Shown: positions 22,101-37,100 of the stretch, piece after piece
Position numbering within the stretch: position 1 is the first letter of the stretch
How the letters are laid out: each line of letters starts with the position of its first letter
Source: Pocillopora damicornis
Taxonomy: Eukaryota
Length of the DNA: 64,000 nucleotides
Direction of reading: 5' to 3'
NCBI RefSeq assembly: GCF_003704095.1
Contig: NW_020846901.1
Location: 310,001-374,000, forward strand
Notes under the pieces: generated by a model
Seen by the model: the letters and a program-made list of their open reading frames with translations, nothing else
Told to the model about the DNA's origin: nothing
Databases searched by the model: none
Made by a program: the position numbers and the translations under genes

Positions 22101-25100
22101 TTTTACACAATCTTTACTCTTGCTCACATATGTCTTTTTGTTCTGTACCTGTTTCCCACGTTTGGACCAGTTTTGCTAACGCCATCAAGAAGGGCTTAAT
22201 TATTTCGTGGTGCATTTTCCTCTAGTTACGGCAGACCATTCTGGTCACAAATGATTTTTCAGTCACTCCTCGATGAGGTTCGTAAACCTATGAACAAAGC
22301 CTCGTCAGTGAGTGCACTAACGCTAGAAGCCCTCGGTTGCAGAATTCCCCTCTACTTTTTGCTTGAGAAGAGTGCTCCACGGAATCAATGTTGATTCCTG
22401 ACATAAACTACTTTTTATTCTATTTTCCCCCTGGAAGTGGACGAGTGTAAAAGACAAGGGAACGCATGTCTTAATGGCAGATGTATCAACGTTCCAAGCG
22501 GCTTCCTGTGCTTGTGCAATACAGGATATGTACTTGGACGAGACAATAGGTGTCTCGGTAAGTGTGTCGCAAAAACAAACCTTTCCCATAATTCTGCATG
22601 AGGAAGAGGCCTTTTCAGGAAAACTGAAATGTTGTCCCCACAGTGTCGGGTGGAACACTTTGGGTGGTAAAATCTCCAAAGATTCGAACATGTCTGCCAT
22701 CATTTGCCATCATGATGGCCTTTAGTGCTGGATGCTATCTTGGCCAAGAGGGTTATGAGCGTTGCACGAGCCATGGAGAGGTATATACACATTGCGAAAA
22801 ACGCCTTTTCCTATCAACACTATCCCACTATACTAGAAAATTATACATATAATATGTAGAGAAAAAAGAATACCAGTCTCTAAAATGTTTCTGTCGATTA
22901 AAGTGGTCTGTAAGTTTCTGTTGGTAAAGTCCAGGATTTCCACGTTTCATCAATGGCTGAAAAATTGTTGTTTTGCAGATGTAGACGAGTGTTCAGCGAA
23001 TTCGCTGCTATGTAGAAATGGGCTTTGTATTAACATGAACGGTACTTACAGATGTGAGTGTAACCCCGGCTTCCAGGTGTCTTCTGACGGGAAAAGCTGT
23101 TCTCGAGGTTAGTATGCTACTCCTGTTCGAACATTCCTTAGCACAGAAATCTCTCTAACCCTCAAGACTTGATGCCAATCCAGGAAGTGGTTATCTCCGA
23201 GAGAGATTCACTTTACACCTTTTTTTAAACAGTTCTCTTGTTTCCCAGGTGTCGACCCGTGCTCTCAATCGGGTGTTTGTGAGAACGGCGCTTGTGTGAA
23301 CACAAGAGATGGCTTCACTTGTCAATGTCGCAGCGGATACACATTGACGTCTGACAAAAGAACATGCACAGGTGAACACGGTTCATTTCATTCGACTTAA
23401 CCATTATTGTGCTGTAGAGGAAAGTCAACATTTGTTACATGTTACCATTAAAGAAGGATTCTTGCAGATGAATCTCGTGGAATTCCTTACCATGTTAAGC
23501 GGAAATCACTGTAAGACAGAGATCGTTACAATTAAATCAGACTACTGTCAACTGGGCAGCCTTTTGCGCAGGCTCTCACCTTAACTCTCTTTATCGTTTG
23601 CAGTGATCGCATCGTTCTCTTGTAGCTTCGTTCCATAGTCGTTGCTAAGATATTTATTTCGTAGCCACAATTACTCACACGTGGCTTCTGAACATATTTT
23701 GACCTGTCATTCAATGTTATTGGTTGCCATCTCTTTTTGGCAGATATCGATGAGTGCAAATCCCAGTCCGTCTGCAGTAACGGCCAGTGTACTAACTACC
23801 CCGGAGGTTATGAATGTGCGTGTGATACTGGGTTTGAACCAAGCTCTGACATGCGCCATTGCAACGGTGAGTATACTTCAGGAGCTCTGAAATTCGCTAT
23901 CATCCCATAATATATATTTTTTTCCAAACGATTCTTTAAAAAATGGAAATAAAGTTTAAATATGTGATTGCTGTTATTCTACAGATAAAGACGAATGTCG
24001 TACTCCGCGATTCTGTGTCGACGGAAAGTGCGAGAACAGTCGTGGATCATACCGCTGTACATGCCACAAAGGGTTCCAAAATACAGCAGATCCAAGAGTT
24101 TGCATAGGTAGTCACTTGCATCATTTTAATTTTGAAATATTTCTATTAAAGTTTTTGTTAAGATATGTTATTCGATAGCGATTTATCTTGTCGTTTCGTC
24201 TTAAGGAGAAGTACCTTAGTTCCACCAGGAGGGAAAAAGGATGGAAATTCTGCTAAAACATAAAGACATTGAGACGCCATTAGTTTGTGTAATTCAATAT
24301 CATTAATGATAAAATGAGTAGCATGGGGTTAGAATGAACTGTTAAAGTAATCTTCTCAGTGTTGTAATATTTCAGATATCGATGAGTGCCTACAGGATAA
24401 CATTTGTAAGAATGGTCGCTGTGTGAATGAGCCAGGTAGCTTCAAATGCACTTGTGAACGTGGTTTCACCCCAAGTGCTGATGGGAAAGCTTGCATAGGT
24501 AAGATCACGTGCAGTCTCTTACTCAGTCAAATAAGAAATAGAGGATAAAGCTCTCCTGAGCTCATATCAATTTTATAGAAAACTAACAGAGGTAGTCGTG
24601 CGCAAGCCAGAGCTTCTGTTCTCTGTCTTTGGACGGCCTGGAAGGGCTGCGACGCTTCTGTCTCCAACAGTGCAAAGTCTTAGACTCGGAATGGGTATTT
24701 AGCATGATAGAGCATAAATTCAATTCAGTGCTGTGGTGCATTTGAAATCGGAACAAATTTAAGCCCTCGCGCGGGCTCCTAGAAAACTGGAAGAGTTTGG
24801 CGAAAAAAAGAAGAATTTCTTTGAAACAAATTATTTCGTGCCCAAACAACCCAAAATGTCAATTTTTTCAGTTCTTGCCGTGACACCACAGACTACGATA
24901 AACGTCTCCCAATCATTTGAGGATGGCGCGCGATTAGAAATAAAATTTTGTGGCCAATTTGGGATTTTGGCCACTAGTGNNNNNNNNNNNNNNNNNNNNN
25001 NNNNNNNNNNNNNNNNNNNNNNNNNNNNNNNNNNNNNNNNNNNNNNNNNNNNNNNNNNNNNNNNNNNNNNNNNNNNNNNGTTGAAATATCCCATTAGGTG

Positions 25101-28100
25101 TGATCTGCACCTCATGGAAACTTTCAGGAAATTGTTTGAATCAGAGAATTATGCTTAAGAGACCCGCTAAATTTGTGAAGCGAGCAAGCTGCGAAATACG
25201 ATACCTTCAGTTTACAGGGTGACTCCAGTAAATGGATGATGGAATGGCAGAATCCCGGAATATCCTAAAACGTGGAACGCCTCATTTTATGAAACAAAAG
25301 TCTTTGCAATAAAAATAAGAAAATTATTTAAAATTAACATGGAAAAATCTAAGAAGTAGAGTTTAATTATAATTGGTGCTTAGAGTACAGGTGAACCGTT
25401 AGGCTTTAGAGCTATCCCCTTTCGATCATTATTATATAACTATTGTTCATTATGAGTACTGTTAATTTGATAATTTGTTAGTATTTAATTATTGGTTGAA
25501 TTTCAATTTGTCACTATGTTCTTGAATTATCTTTCTCTTGTGGAACGGGGTACTCATAATATGTGGTATGCGGCAGGTTTTCTGTTTTGCATCTGAATTA
25601 AAATCTTTTGCAACATAACCTTCTAGCGTCATTATATAGCCTCTAGTTCTTTTCATTGCTATAAAAAACTGTGCTGTACTAGTAGCTACACGCAGTCTTA
25701 GACTGCCTATTTTTAACAACAGAATTGCTCTGGAATTGATATAACTAGATATCACACAAAGCCTGACTGTCAAAACATTTTGCGAAGAATCTAGGAAGGT
25801 TTTAACTTTGCCATCGTTGTAATTGTTTAGATACAACACTTGGTCGCTGTTACGCCAAGGTAGAAAGCAGCCGATGTTCTCAGCCCTTGATGAGATTCCT
25901 TACGCTATCGCAGTGCTGTTGTGGAATGGAGAATGGTGGTCAGCGGGGATGGGATGATCCATGTACGCCGTGCCCTCTGAAGGGTACAGGTAGGATTGAT
26001 TTGCTCTTCGCGATTGAAAATAAGAAGTCGCATTGCTTTAAGTAGGGGCTTTGCGGTCGCATGTCCGCAAGGTTGTTCTTCGTCCGCTGTTCCCAGGCTG
26101 AATGTGAATTTGGAGTTTTGATTCTTATAAAAGGGGTAAATGGCAGATGTTGATTGTGTTTTGTCTTGTTTACAGAGAGTTACAACCGAGTTTGTTGTAA
26201 AGGACCCGGAATGACTTGCGGTGGAGATGGTAAGGCCACATGGATGTGTAATTTCGTTGTTAAATTAAGTGAAACGTATAGGGTGACGTGGAGGGAGGGG
26301 GGAGGAGTCCTCATACTGGGTTATTACTTACATTTGGAAGNNNNNNNNNNNNNNNNNNNNNNNNNNNNNNNNNNNNNNNNNNNNNNNNNNNNNNNNNNNN
26401 NNNNNNNNNNNNNNNNNNNNNNNNNNNNNNNNNNNNNNNNNNNNNNNNNNNNNNNNNNNNNNNNNNNNNNNNNNNNNNNNNNNNNNNNNNNNNNNNNNNN
26501 NNNNNNNNNNNNNNNNNNNNNNNNNNNNNNNNNNNNNNNNNNNNNNNNNNNNNNNNNNNNNNNNNNNNNNNNNNNNNNNNNNNNNNNNNNNNNNNNNNNN
26601 NNNNNNNNNNNNNNNNNNNNNNNNNNNNNNNNNNNNNNNNNNNNNNNNNNNNNNNNNNNNNNNNNNNNNNNNNNNNNNNNNNNNNNNNNNNNNNNNNNNN
26701 NNNNNNNNNNNNNNNNNNNNNNNNNNNNNNNNNNNNNNNNNNNNNNNNNNNNNNNNNNNNNNNNNNNNNNNNNNNNNNNNNNNNNNNTTTTTTTTAGATG
26801 TTGATGAGTGTGTGAATAACGCTGGCATGAAGACAAATGTGTGTACCAATGGACAGTGTCAAAACACCATGAAGGATTACATCTGTGTTTGCAACCCAGG
26901 CTACCGCAGCGATGTTACTAAAAAGCTATGCAACGGTTAGAGATAAACTTTATACTCTTGGGTGTCATTAAAGGGAGTTTAACACTTGAGCAGTTTTTAT
27001 CTTAAAGACAGACAGCAGGGTAACTGACAGACAAAGAAAGAGTTTGACATTGGACAGAGGTATGCACAGACAGACTGATAGAAGAGCTAACAAAGAAAGA
27101 CTGAAAGGCTGACAGGATGGCACACTGACACACTGAAAGGCTGACAGACTGACATTCACTCTGGCGTTATATTCTGGTTATATTCCCCACCGACAAAGCA
27201 CCACAGTTTCTTTAGAAACCTACCCATTTATTCATCTGACAGACTGATAGTTGACATACTGACATGAAGAGGGACATTTAGCTAAATTTTCGTGTAGATG
27301 TGGTTAGTTAAGCAGCATTGATCGATGATGGAAACGTCATGTGCGCAGTAGGGACGTAACACGCTTTTAAGAGTAGACACCTGATACAGGCTCCTCAAAA
27401 ATGTTCGCTTTCTGTTAACTTATGCCTCATGAAGCTATACAAAACAATATTGTTGATCATCAAAATTATTAGGTCTCCAATGTTTTCTTTTTAGACATCG
27501 ACGAGTGCACAGAGGACCCAAGACTTTGCCTAGGTGGAAGCTGCCAAAACTTAGCTGGCACTTTCTCCTGTGATTGCCCCAAAGGATTCTCTTTAAATAC
27601 TCAATCTAGAATCTGCGAAGGTAAAGATTTGTTTGTGCAAGTCCAATTTTCTTCCCCTTTTGATTTTGCATACAAGCTTTTCGGTTGTTTCCGTTGCAGT
27701 CATGAAAATGTCGTAGTGAGTAAAATCAAGCTCTACATTTAAGAGTACGTGAAATTTTAACGAGTGTTCTACTTAGTAACCTTTCATACAACTCATGTCT
27801 AACGACGCTAGCCGCTTTATGAGACAAATCGCTGAGAAAATTACACAGCATGGAGGCTTTTCCATCCTATCTAAGTTTAAATTAGATCCCTTTGAAAGCC
27901 CTAGAATGTAGAATGGCCATTATAAGAGAGCGATTCTCCTTCCCTTAAAAAAGTCTTATGCTTTTCCTATCTATGATCGATGATTGATCGATTGTCGTTT
28001 AACCAAACCCGGATAAATAACAACTGCCGATCAGAACGAAAATTGACATCGCAAAGGGCCGGTAAGAACCCATAAGAAAATCCCTACGACGACCAGCTCG

Positions 28101-31100
28101 TTTGCACTTGATTGGTTGAGGATAGCCAGAGTATTCTAGGCCAATCAAACAGGGCAGACAGTGAAGAAAAACTAATAAATCACCGGAACTGCTCCTAACT
28201 GACCTCCTATACTTAAACCACGCTATTTATTCACTTTCAGATATTAATGAATGCGCCTTCGAGGGTCAGTGTATTGCTGGAACGTGTCAAAATACTTTTG
28301 GTAGTTTCCGATGTCAGTGTCCTCGTTATTACGAATTAGATGGATCGGGCAGGATTTGCAAAGGTATCCCTAAAAATTGAATATAAATGATTTGCAAACC
28401 AGAAGGCTATAAAATTGAGAAGTTTGTCTTCTGGCGCCCCTTTATGGAAAATTGGCAATCTAAAAGTTTTCCACGGTCATCTATTTGGTTCCCTCTTCAT
28501 AAATGCACCTCCATGCCTTTGGTCTGTAAATTAAAAACAAACATGAAGAGTCGACTTCGTTTGAAAAGAGCTATCGATGATAAAAAACCTTTCAACTTTA
28601 CAACTACTACATTCTAATGCAATAGTTTTTGGAGGTTACGCGATCTTCCTCGACAAGCTACGGCTATAATTTTGTCCAGTCATTAACCATTAAACTCTGT
28701 TATTCGTGTAAATGTGACTTTGTTATTGAAAACTTTCAGACAAAAGAACAGCGCAATGTTGGACAAAAATCATGAACAATCGCTGCGAGGAATCCATCAA
28801 TGGCGACGTTTCATTAGAAATGTGTTGTAACACCATAGGTAAAGGCTGGGGAAGTCCTTGTGAAGAATGTCCTCCCAGGAAAGGAGGTAAGCGATATTTT
28901 GTTTTGGTAGCGTCGAGTTGCACATCCTGGTCTCAGTCTGCACTTGCATTCCTTTCTCAGTTTTCTCTCTTCCTTTTTTCTTTTTTTTCCTCTCGTTATT
29001 GTGCAACACGTGGGTTTGATGCATAAGCAGATTGGATCTGTGCTACAGATCCTCACCTAGGCAGCCTTATGTTATTCTTGAGTGAAGTGGCGCAGATGAA
29101 ACGAGAAATTTCGTCCATTTGTACCTCTGCACCCCAACTGACCGCCCGATCATAATATAGGTTAAAACAGACTTTCTTCCGTACCATTAAATCCCATGAG
29201 CTATCGAGCACCACCATCTCACAATTTAAGCGCAAATATTAAAAACGAGTGATGAAACTCTTTTTTGCAGATGAGCGGTGTGCTTTAGGGTACGCTATTC
29301 AAGACGAACCAAGATGTACAGGTAACTAATGGGAGAGCTATTTCTCGAGAAGTATGAGGCTATATGGAATTGAGAGAGCAGCCATCACTGCATGTGATGG
29401 GTTACGTAACGATATCAAATCAACAAATTAATTAGTAGTGATACCTATCATGATTGACAGTAACACTGAGCCACTTCTTTGTGGACTCCTTAACTTTTTC
29501 ATTTCTTTTGCCTTATCTCTAAAGAAGTAAAAAATTTTTATTGCAATAAAAGTTTGATTCCTATAATATCTGGGCTCATCAAATAAAACCAAAGAAACGA
29601 TTCTTCAACTGATGGGCGAAAGGTTGTTTAACTAAGTCTTATGAAATATGTGCGCCCTTCAGTGATGGTAGATCTCTTTGTATTTGTGGTTTGCAGACAT
29701 CGACGAGTGTACCCAGTTCCCCGGCTTGTGTAAGAATGGAATCTGTCGTAACACTCTTGGTAGCTTTGTTTGCGAGTGTTCTACAGGCCTGACTTTGGAC
29801 TTCACACAAAAAAACTGCGTGGGTAAGCATAGGTTTGGTCCGTCAATGTTATGAAAAGATGAAAACTACTGGCCTATACCTCTTGCAAAAAAACCCATCT
29901 CGTATGATCTCATTTTTTTACCTTTCCTGTTTTGATGAGTTATGTGGGCGTTGATTTCAGCAATTTCCTAAAACTGATTTCCTTTTGATAGCTATGAATT
30001 AAAGAATAAAAACGTCCATCAACCGGCGGCTGAAGAAACGACTGCCCAGCTAGCTCAGCGACACTGATCGCTGGTGCAGAAGTTGGGTCTATCTGAGTAT
30101 ATATTATTATGCGATCGTAAAGATCATGGTAATCATTCAAACCATCTTCTTAGCGATCACAGCGACCTATAAAAACAAATCCCTTGTTTTTAGACATAAA
30201 GCATGATAAATTTCGTTGATGTTACCAAGATTAATGACAATTATGATTTTCTGTCGGTCTTCTCCCAGATCTTCGGGAGGACGTGTGTTACGGTTCTGTC
30301 TCCTCCAGTGGCTGTGAAAGGCCATACCGAGGAAGGTACAAAAAAGTAGACTGCTGCTGTTCCAAGGTGGGATCGGGTTGGGGTAATCCATGCCAAGAAT
30401 GCCCATTAGAAAACACAGGTAAATAAATACGGACAAGGAAATATCAGGCCACGATAGTGAACGTTCTATAAATACCTTATCCCTTCCAAATTATGATTTG
30501 ATTTCAAGTCACTGTCTCCCAAGTGTCTCTCTCGTGTGTTGTTTACTTATTTTCGGCGTGGCGAGTCAACTGACGTCCCTTAAGTTTCCGAGGTTGAATG
30601 AGCAAAATCTTAGACATGTGAAACAAGCCGTTTCTAGATTGCTCTGAGAAGGGCTAACGCTCGAAACGTCAGCCTTTAAACTCTTTACGGTGGTTAATTT
30701 ACGTTTTCAACTCGGTTGTTAACACTAAATTACCTGTTATACTCTTCAATCGACGCAGCATCATAGTTTCTTCAGAAACTTACCTCCTTTACTCATTTGT
30801 AGGTTCTCCTATTGGGGGTGATCTGTGACTAATTTGCACGGGATTTCCCTTATAGTAACAAAATCGAGACGCAAATTTCTGAAGTCGATGTCCTCTTAGA
30901 ATAATTAAGCGTAGTATGTTAACGAGAAATCTTATTGTATTCTCATATTTTAAACGGTTTACTGTACAGTTTCATTAAACGAAGCGACTCTTCGAAATAT
31001 AGGCTACCCTAGAGTGACACAGAATTTCCAACAAATATCCAGATGCTACTCCTACTCGGAAAGTAACGCGGCTTCTCTATGTAATCTACATTTTCGAACT

Positions 31101-34100
31101 GGAGAGAACTCGGATTCAGGGTGAAGTACCTGATATCCCCTTTTTTCTCGATGTTTTCATGTGGAAGAAATCAATAGAGAAACCGTGCCGGGACCCCAGC
31201 GGATGGGTTGTAACTGCAACTATGTTGTTTCATTTAGATCCGTTTGAAGAACTATGCGGCAATCGAAGAAAGGGATTCAAGACTGTGGATAGTCAGACCG
31301 GACCGAGAGTTGAAGGTTTTTCATATCATGAAAAAGCCAGGCATTTTAATTCATTTTATTTATTTTCGTTTTACCATTCCGTTATTCCATTGTGAGCTTA
31401 TCACTACCGTTTCCGCTCTTATTTTAGATGTAAACGAATGTGCGATTCAAGGCATTTGTAACAACGGACAATGTGTGAACGCACAGGGAGGATTCCAGTG
31501 CGAATGTACATCAGGGTACGCCTTGGACAGTGAGGGAAAGGACTGCATAGGTAAGGAATACTTTTTCATACCCTCAGCTCGATTTTTTTCTAGAAAAGAA
31601 TTTTCCTAACATCTTTAAGTAGTTGGTGCTATGGTAACAAAAATTGAGTTTACGATTTCCTCATGCAAGACGACTGCCTCGCGCATGAAGAAGCTCTTTA
31701 AATCACTAATTTACTTGATCTATTCCTCAATCAAATTCAAGTATTTTTTTATTTATATGAATGATACTTTAAAGATTTAAACTTCCATTTCATTCTTCCA
31801 AAAGGTCTTGATAAAATTGTCCCCGCGGGCTTTTCTCTCTCCTGCAAGAAAAGCCGCTTGTCGAGGGATAGCCTTAGATTGTTTGCTTAAGTGTCAAAGC
31901 CTTATGTTAAATTTCAAATAAAGATAGCACTGAAAACAAGTTCTTTGAGTAACATACGTCCATATTGCCGTTTTGCAGATATCGATGAATGCCGAATATC
32001 TGCGGGGTTGTGTGGCAATGGAACTTGTACCAACATCGCTGGAAGCTTCCGCTGTAACTGCTTTACTGGATTTGAGAATGCTCCAATGATGATGGAGGTC
32101 TGTATTGGTAAGTGCTAAGAAATTCGACCACCTTCCGACTCTCTTAACAATGTAATTCTGGGCTTCCTCAGAATTGCAGAGTTTGCCACCCATTGGTTTT
32201 GCGAAGCTTCTCAGGACCTCTTGAATCACTTAGAGATTTATGCGTTGTGGTAAGTTGAACAGGGAAATCAGGCCATTGGTCGGGTACGTAATATATGGAT
32301 CGTCAGTGTTGAATATAGCACGCATATATTCATACATTCTTTTTGTCTCCTTCTTGCGCCCTTGAAGGTAATTTCCAAAGAAAGGCACTTCTTATTTCTT
32401 GATAAGGCTTTTAAAATACTAATGTTACTTTCAAAATTTTGACGCCGCGCACTGTGATGCAGTTCATTGGCTGAATGTAATGCACTGGACAGTGAATTTT
32501 TTTTTCTTCAGACATCGATGAATGTGAGCGGAAACCTTGTACGGACGGTACATGCGTGAATACTGAAGGAAGCTACAAGTGCATTTGTCCCAACGGAATG
32601 GAGCTTATGAAGGATAATGTGACGTGCGAAGGTTAGTTTCATTTTCAACATCCTTATGCTCATTGTTGACCGCGATGGATTTGCTTCGTACCCTACACGG
32701 AGGTTTTACTTGGTAAAAAATACATAGTTTCATCGATTGCGAGTGGCAAAGAAGGTAGAATGATGATAGCTGGAGGGTGTCAGAAATAATCAACATGTAA
32801 TTTACTCCAACAAAATAAATACATTTCCCAGAAAACTGATTCTGTGACAGGATAGTAAAACGTGTTGGCTGGAGGGTCTTGATAAAACGCCGAATTCTCC
32901 TAACTAATTTACAAGGAAATGAATGACAACACAATGGAGAGGTACAATTGGGATCTTGGAAACGAGCGGGTAAAGTGAATCCCGTCGGATTTATGTTTTG
33001 GTGAATGAGTTGACGATGCAGGCCTGTAGCAAACACAATGATACATCTCTTTGACTTTGCTAGAGAGCAACCACCAACTTGTTAACGTACAACTTTATTT
33101 TCAGACGAAAATGAATGTTCAGATCCAAACAAATGCCGTAATGGTGTTTGTCAAAACTTCCACGGAGGCTATCAGTGTTTGTGTGACTCCGGTTTCGTGG
33201 TCACGGAGGATATGAAGGCGTGTATAGGTCAGTATCATACTGTTATGTATGTTCCGGTCAATAGGCTGATCCCAGCTATGCAGTCGAGTAATGCTCAGTG
33301 ACAACAGGAACAACGTGCGTCATAAGAACGTTGGGTGACATTTGAAAATCGCCAATGGCTGCGAAGGAGATTTTTTTGAAATAAATGTTTTGCCAATCAC
33401 CCGAGTAGAGATACTCAACAGCCGATAGAAAGTATTAAGCTGATGTTCTAAGTAATATTATAAATTTATGTGATTGAGCTATTTCGTCTGCATTAATATA
33501 CTACACTGTTTTAGATTACCAAGATTGCATATGATAGTCTCAACTTAATGTGTTAATGTTCACAGATATCGATGAATGTCAAGTGGATAACGGGAACTGC
33601 CGGGAAGTTTGTAACAACACTCTTGGTAGCTTTGTGTGTGACTGTAGAGCTGGCTTCACGTTGCAGCCTGACGGAGTCACATGTGGAGGTACGGCACATG
33701 CGTAATGATTCTCAGAGAAAACCCTAACTTTTTTATAATCACAAATTGACTGGGTTCAATTGCACAATGATCGTTGTCGAATAGCGACCTATTTATTTTC
33801 CCGTTCAAATTTCTTGTATTTTAACAAACTTCTTAGCATTTCTTTGTCTTCCGAAGATGCTCTTGGAAATGGCACTGACAACACAGGTACCCCAAATATG
33901 TCATTCAAACAACAATGACGCTTACGCGTGCTCTCATATATTTTTGAAAAAAGGCAATTATACTTGCGTGCCGAACCACCAAATACCTTTCTCCAGGATT
34001 CCTGAGTGCTACTCCGAGTTGATGAATGCGTGTTCACCATACCTTTGATTACAGATATCGACGAGTGTTCGCTTGGTGTAGACATTTGCGGGACGAATAA

Positions 34101-37100
34101 CACATGCACGAACTCTGAAGGCAGGTACTATTGCACCTGTGGCCCTGGATATGTGCCTGCTGTTGACAGGAGATCCTGCATTGGTAGGCTAAACTTATAA
34201 ACTGTCTTATATCTAATTTATGTTTAAAAGAATGTCGTAAAAAATCGATTTAATGAAGAGAGACGACTTAGTTAAGATTACAAATCCTTCATTTAAAGAT
34301 GCAGTTAAGATTTCATTCGCGCAATTGTTCGAATGATAACACAGTATAGTTTTGCTCTATTTTTACTTTCAGACGTGGATGAATGTCAAAACGATCCTGA
34401 GCTTTGTACTAACGGTGTCTGTCGAAACACTCAAGGCTCGTTTGAATGTATCTGTGGCAAGGGATACGTTTTGGCCAAAGGGACAACTGCATGTATTGGT
34501 AGGTGCCACGCCTTAAAAGGGGCTTGGCTATGACTAGTCTGTTTTGCAGACTCTTTACTGTTCTTGTTGATATTAATGCTGTTTTTTTTTTCCAAGCGAG
34601 TGAGGGAAAGATGTCACGCAACGCTTATCCAAAGCCTTGCGTGACATACCTAAAGATGGCTGCAAAGGAGACCATTCCACGCCTATCTAATATTGAGAAA
34701 TTCAGCAAACTCTTTCCTCCTTTTGGTCCTTTTTAATGCGTGTCTGTGTTCTCGATCCATAGTTAACTTAATCTATCTGTTTCTCTTCAGATGTTGATGA
34801 ATGTGTTATAGATCTGGCTCAGTGTGGTAGCAATGCTGACTGTAGTAATACTATTGGCAGTTTTACATGCGATTGTAAACCTGGATTCGCCGGAAGTGGT
34901 AACGAATGCATAGGTGAGTGTCTAGAGTGAAGGAAACCTTTTCGTCAGCTTATTATGTTTAGTGCAAATCTACCAGCGAACTATCCCAAATGCTTCAATT
35001 TGATAGGCTACGCCACCCGCCGTTGGGGGCAAATGATCCATTTTTTTCCTCATTTTATTCCTTCATTTAAACTAAGTCGTTTTCCATTAATTTTTTCATT
35101 TTATGACCCTCCCTTTACATCATCTTTCTTCACCGCACAGATATCAACGAGTGCGTCACAGGAGCTGCCAGGTGTCATTTCAATAGCACGTGTGTCAACT
35201 CTCCAGGCTCTTTCAGTTGTGTTTGTGGGCCAGGTTACACAGGAGATGGTTCTTTTTGTAACGGTAGGCTATAATGATATTTAGTTACTCTCTTATACTA
35301 ATGTCAAATCCATCAAGGAGACTTCCGGTAGATTACGAACGGAAACACAGTTCCAAATTTGTACTTGAAGTATTATTAAATGTATCCACGCGGTAGTATT
35401 TCTGAAGTAAGAAGTATTTTCAAAAAGGCGTATTTCCCAGATATAGCAACAATGAGTATACGTGCCTCATTCTACAATTGAGAGCGATGCAGAATAAAAG
35501 AGCAAAGCATGTCTCAGTTATACGAGTACTACTTCAAAAACCCCTTTCCACACGTGAAACTTCCTTTCAAGTGGAACTAAGCACTCGAAGATGCAACTCA
35601 TTAACACTTTGCAAGACGCGGCAGATTGAGAATGCGCTCTGCAAGCGTCGAAATTTTACTAACTTGGCCCATGATGTCGCGATTTTCAGATATCGACGAA
35701 TGTCTACTGGAAGATAATCTTTGTGATCACGGACAGTGCACTAATAAAGCTGGCTCATATGAATGCGAGTGTGAGCTTGGATATATACCAGCTGAAGATA
35801 AAAAGAGCTGTGTTGGTAAGTTACTCTATCAACTGATTTCCATATCGGTTACTTACGAATAGCGCAGTACTGGGACCAACTCTATTTCAACTACAGCAAA
35901 TGTCAGCTCGATTCCCAAGCCGCTGCCGGGAAATGAGCCCGCGCTCCTCCTGTTAACTGGAACATTTACAACACTATTGGGAAGTTTACCTAAGTTCTCA
36001 GGAGAATTCTACTAGAGCCGGAGAGTTGTTTTCTAAGATCCCTCCAGCTCCTTAATAAAGCCTTCCGTGCTCTAATGCCTTTTCACTTTTTCTCCTAGAT
36101 ATCGATGAATGCAGAATGTTTCCATTGTGTAAAAATGGCCGCTGTGAAAATATGCCAGGGATGTTTCGTTGTATTTGTGATGATGGATTTCAGCTAGATA
36201 AACAAGGCACAAACTGCACAGGTATTGATAAAGACTGTTCAAAACCGACTTGCTGAACACTGAGAAATTACTTCGTCATGAAAAATATGGTAAATACGTC
36301 TTCTTTTCCTTTTTTCAGATATCGATGAATGCTCCGTGACAGGAATGTGCATTAACGGTCGCTGCGTGAACGAAATGGGTACATACCGCTGTGAATGTGA
36401 TGGCGACTTCATGCCTAACCCCGCGGGCTCAGGATGTATCGGTAAAAAAAAAGATTCCTCTTCAAATTGTAAATGCATACTAAACTCAGTTTAGCATTTT
36501 ATTCTTGAAATTGTGCTCTTTCGAGACATATTGGTTTATGATTACCAGATTCCAGGTCAGTATTTCCGCAGACCTCTTTCGTAAGCTCTTTCTTGTTTCC
36601 GAAAAGAGGAAAAGAAGTTGTTTTTGTGCTTGTTTTGAAAGATTAAGGGCAGTGATCCTGTCAGTTTTGGATAACCCAAAAGATTGTCCAGTGAATATTA
36701 AAAAAAAACGTTTAAAACAATGCTGGTAGTCTTTTTTTTAATTCTCCTTTCACAGATATGCGAAAAGGAAAGTGCCATTTAAGTGTTGTGAATGACACTT
36801 GTATGAACCCGCTGTCCCCAGCTCATCGCGCGGTGTGCTGTTGCACGTCAGGAAAGGCCTGGGGAGAACCGTGCGAACCGTGTCCTCAGAAGGGGACTGG
36901 TAAGAATGAGACTTTGTCTTATTTTTAGAAACATGGTGAAAAAGTTCCAGAGTGACTGAGGTATCCTTTTTCAGCTAATTATGTAACTTAGAAGTTTGCG
37001 CGATAAAGCAATCGATGCTTTTAAGGGAGGTTCTGTTATCTTAAGCGTAAAAATCTATCTTTGATTTCGCTCTTGTTTTCGCGTATTGGCGCTTTATTTC

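Noticed and set aside
22264-22314. Imperfect hairpin with CTGACGA on the minus strand (hammerhead or SECIS-like)
   Set aside because: No correctly placed GAAA/stem II and no SECIS GA quartet; it is intronic.
24980-26787. Apparent loss of fibrillin TB2 between the gaps
   Set aside because: TB2 exons were found at 25831-25989 and 26176-26229.
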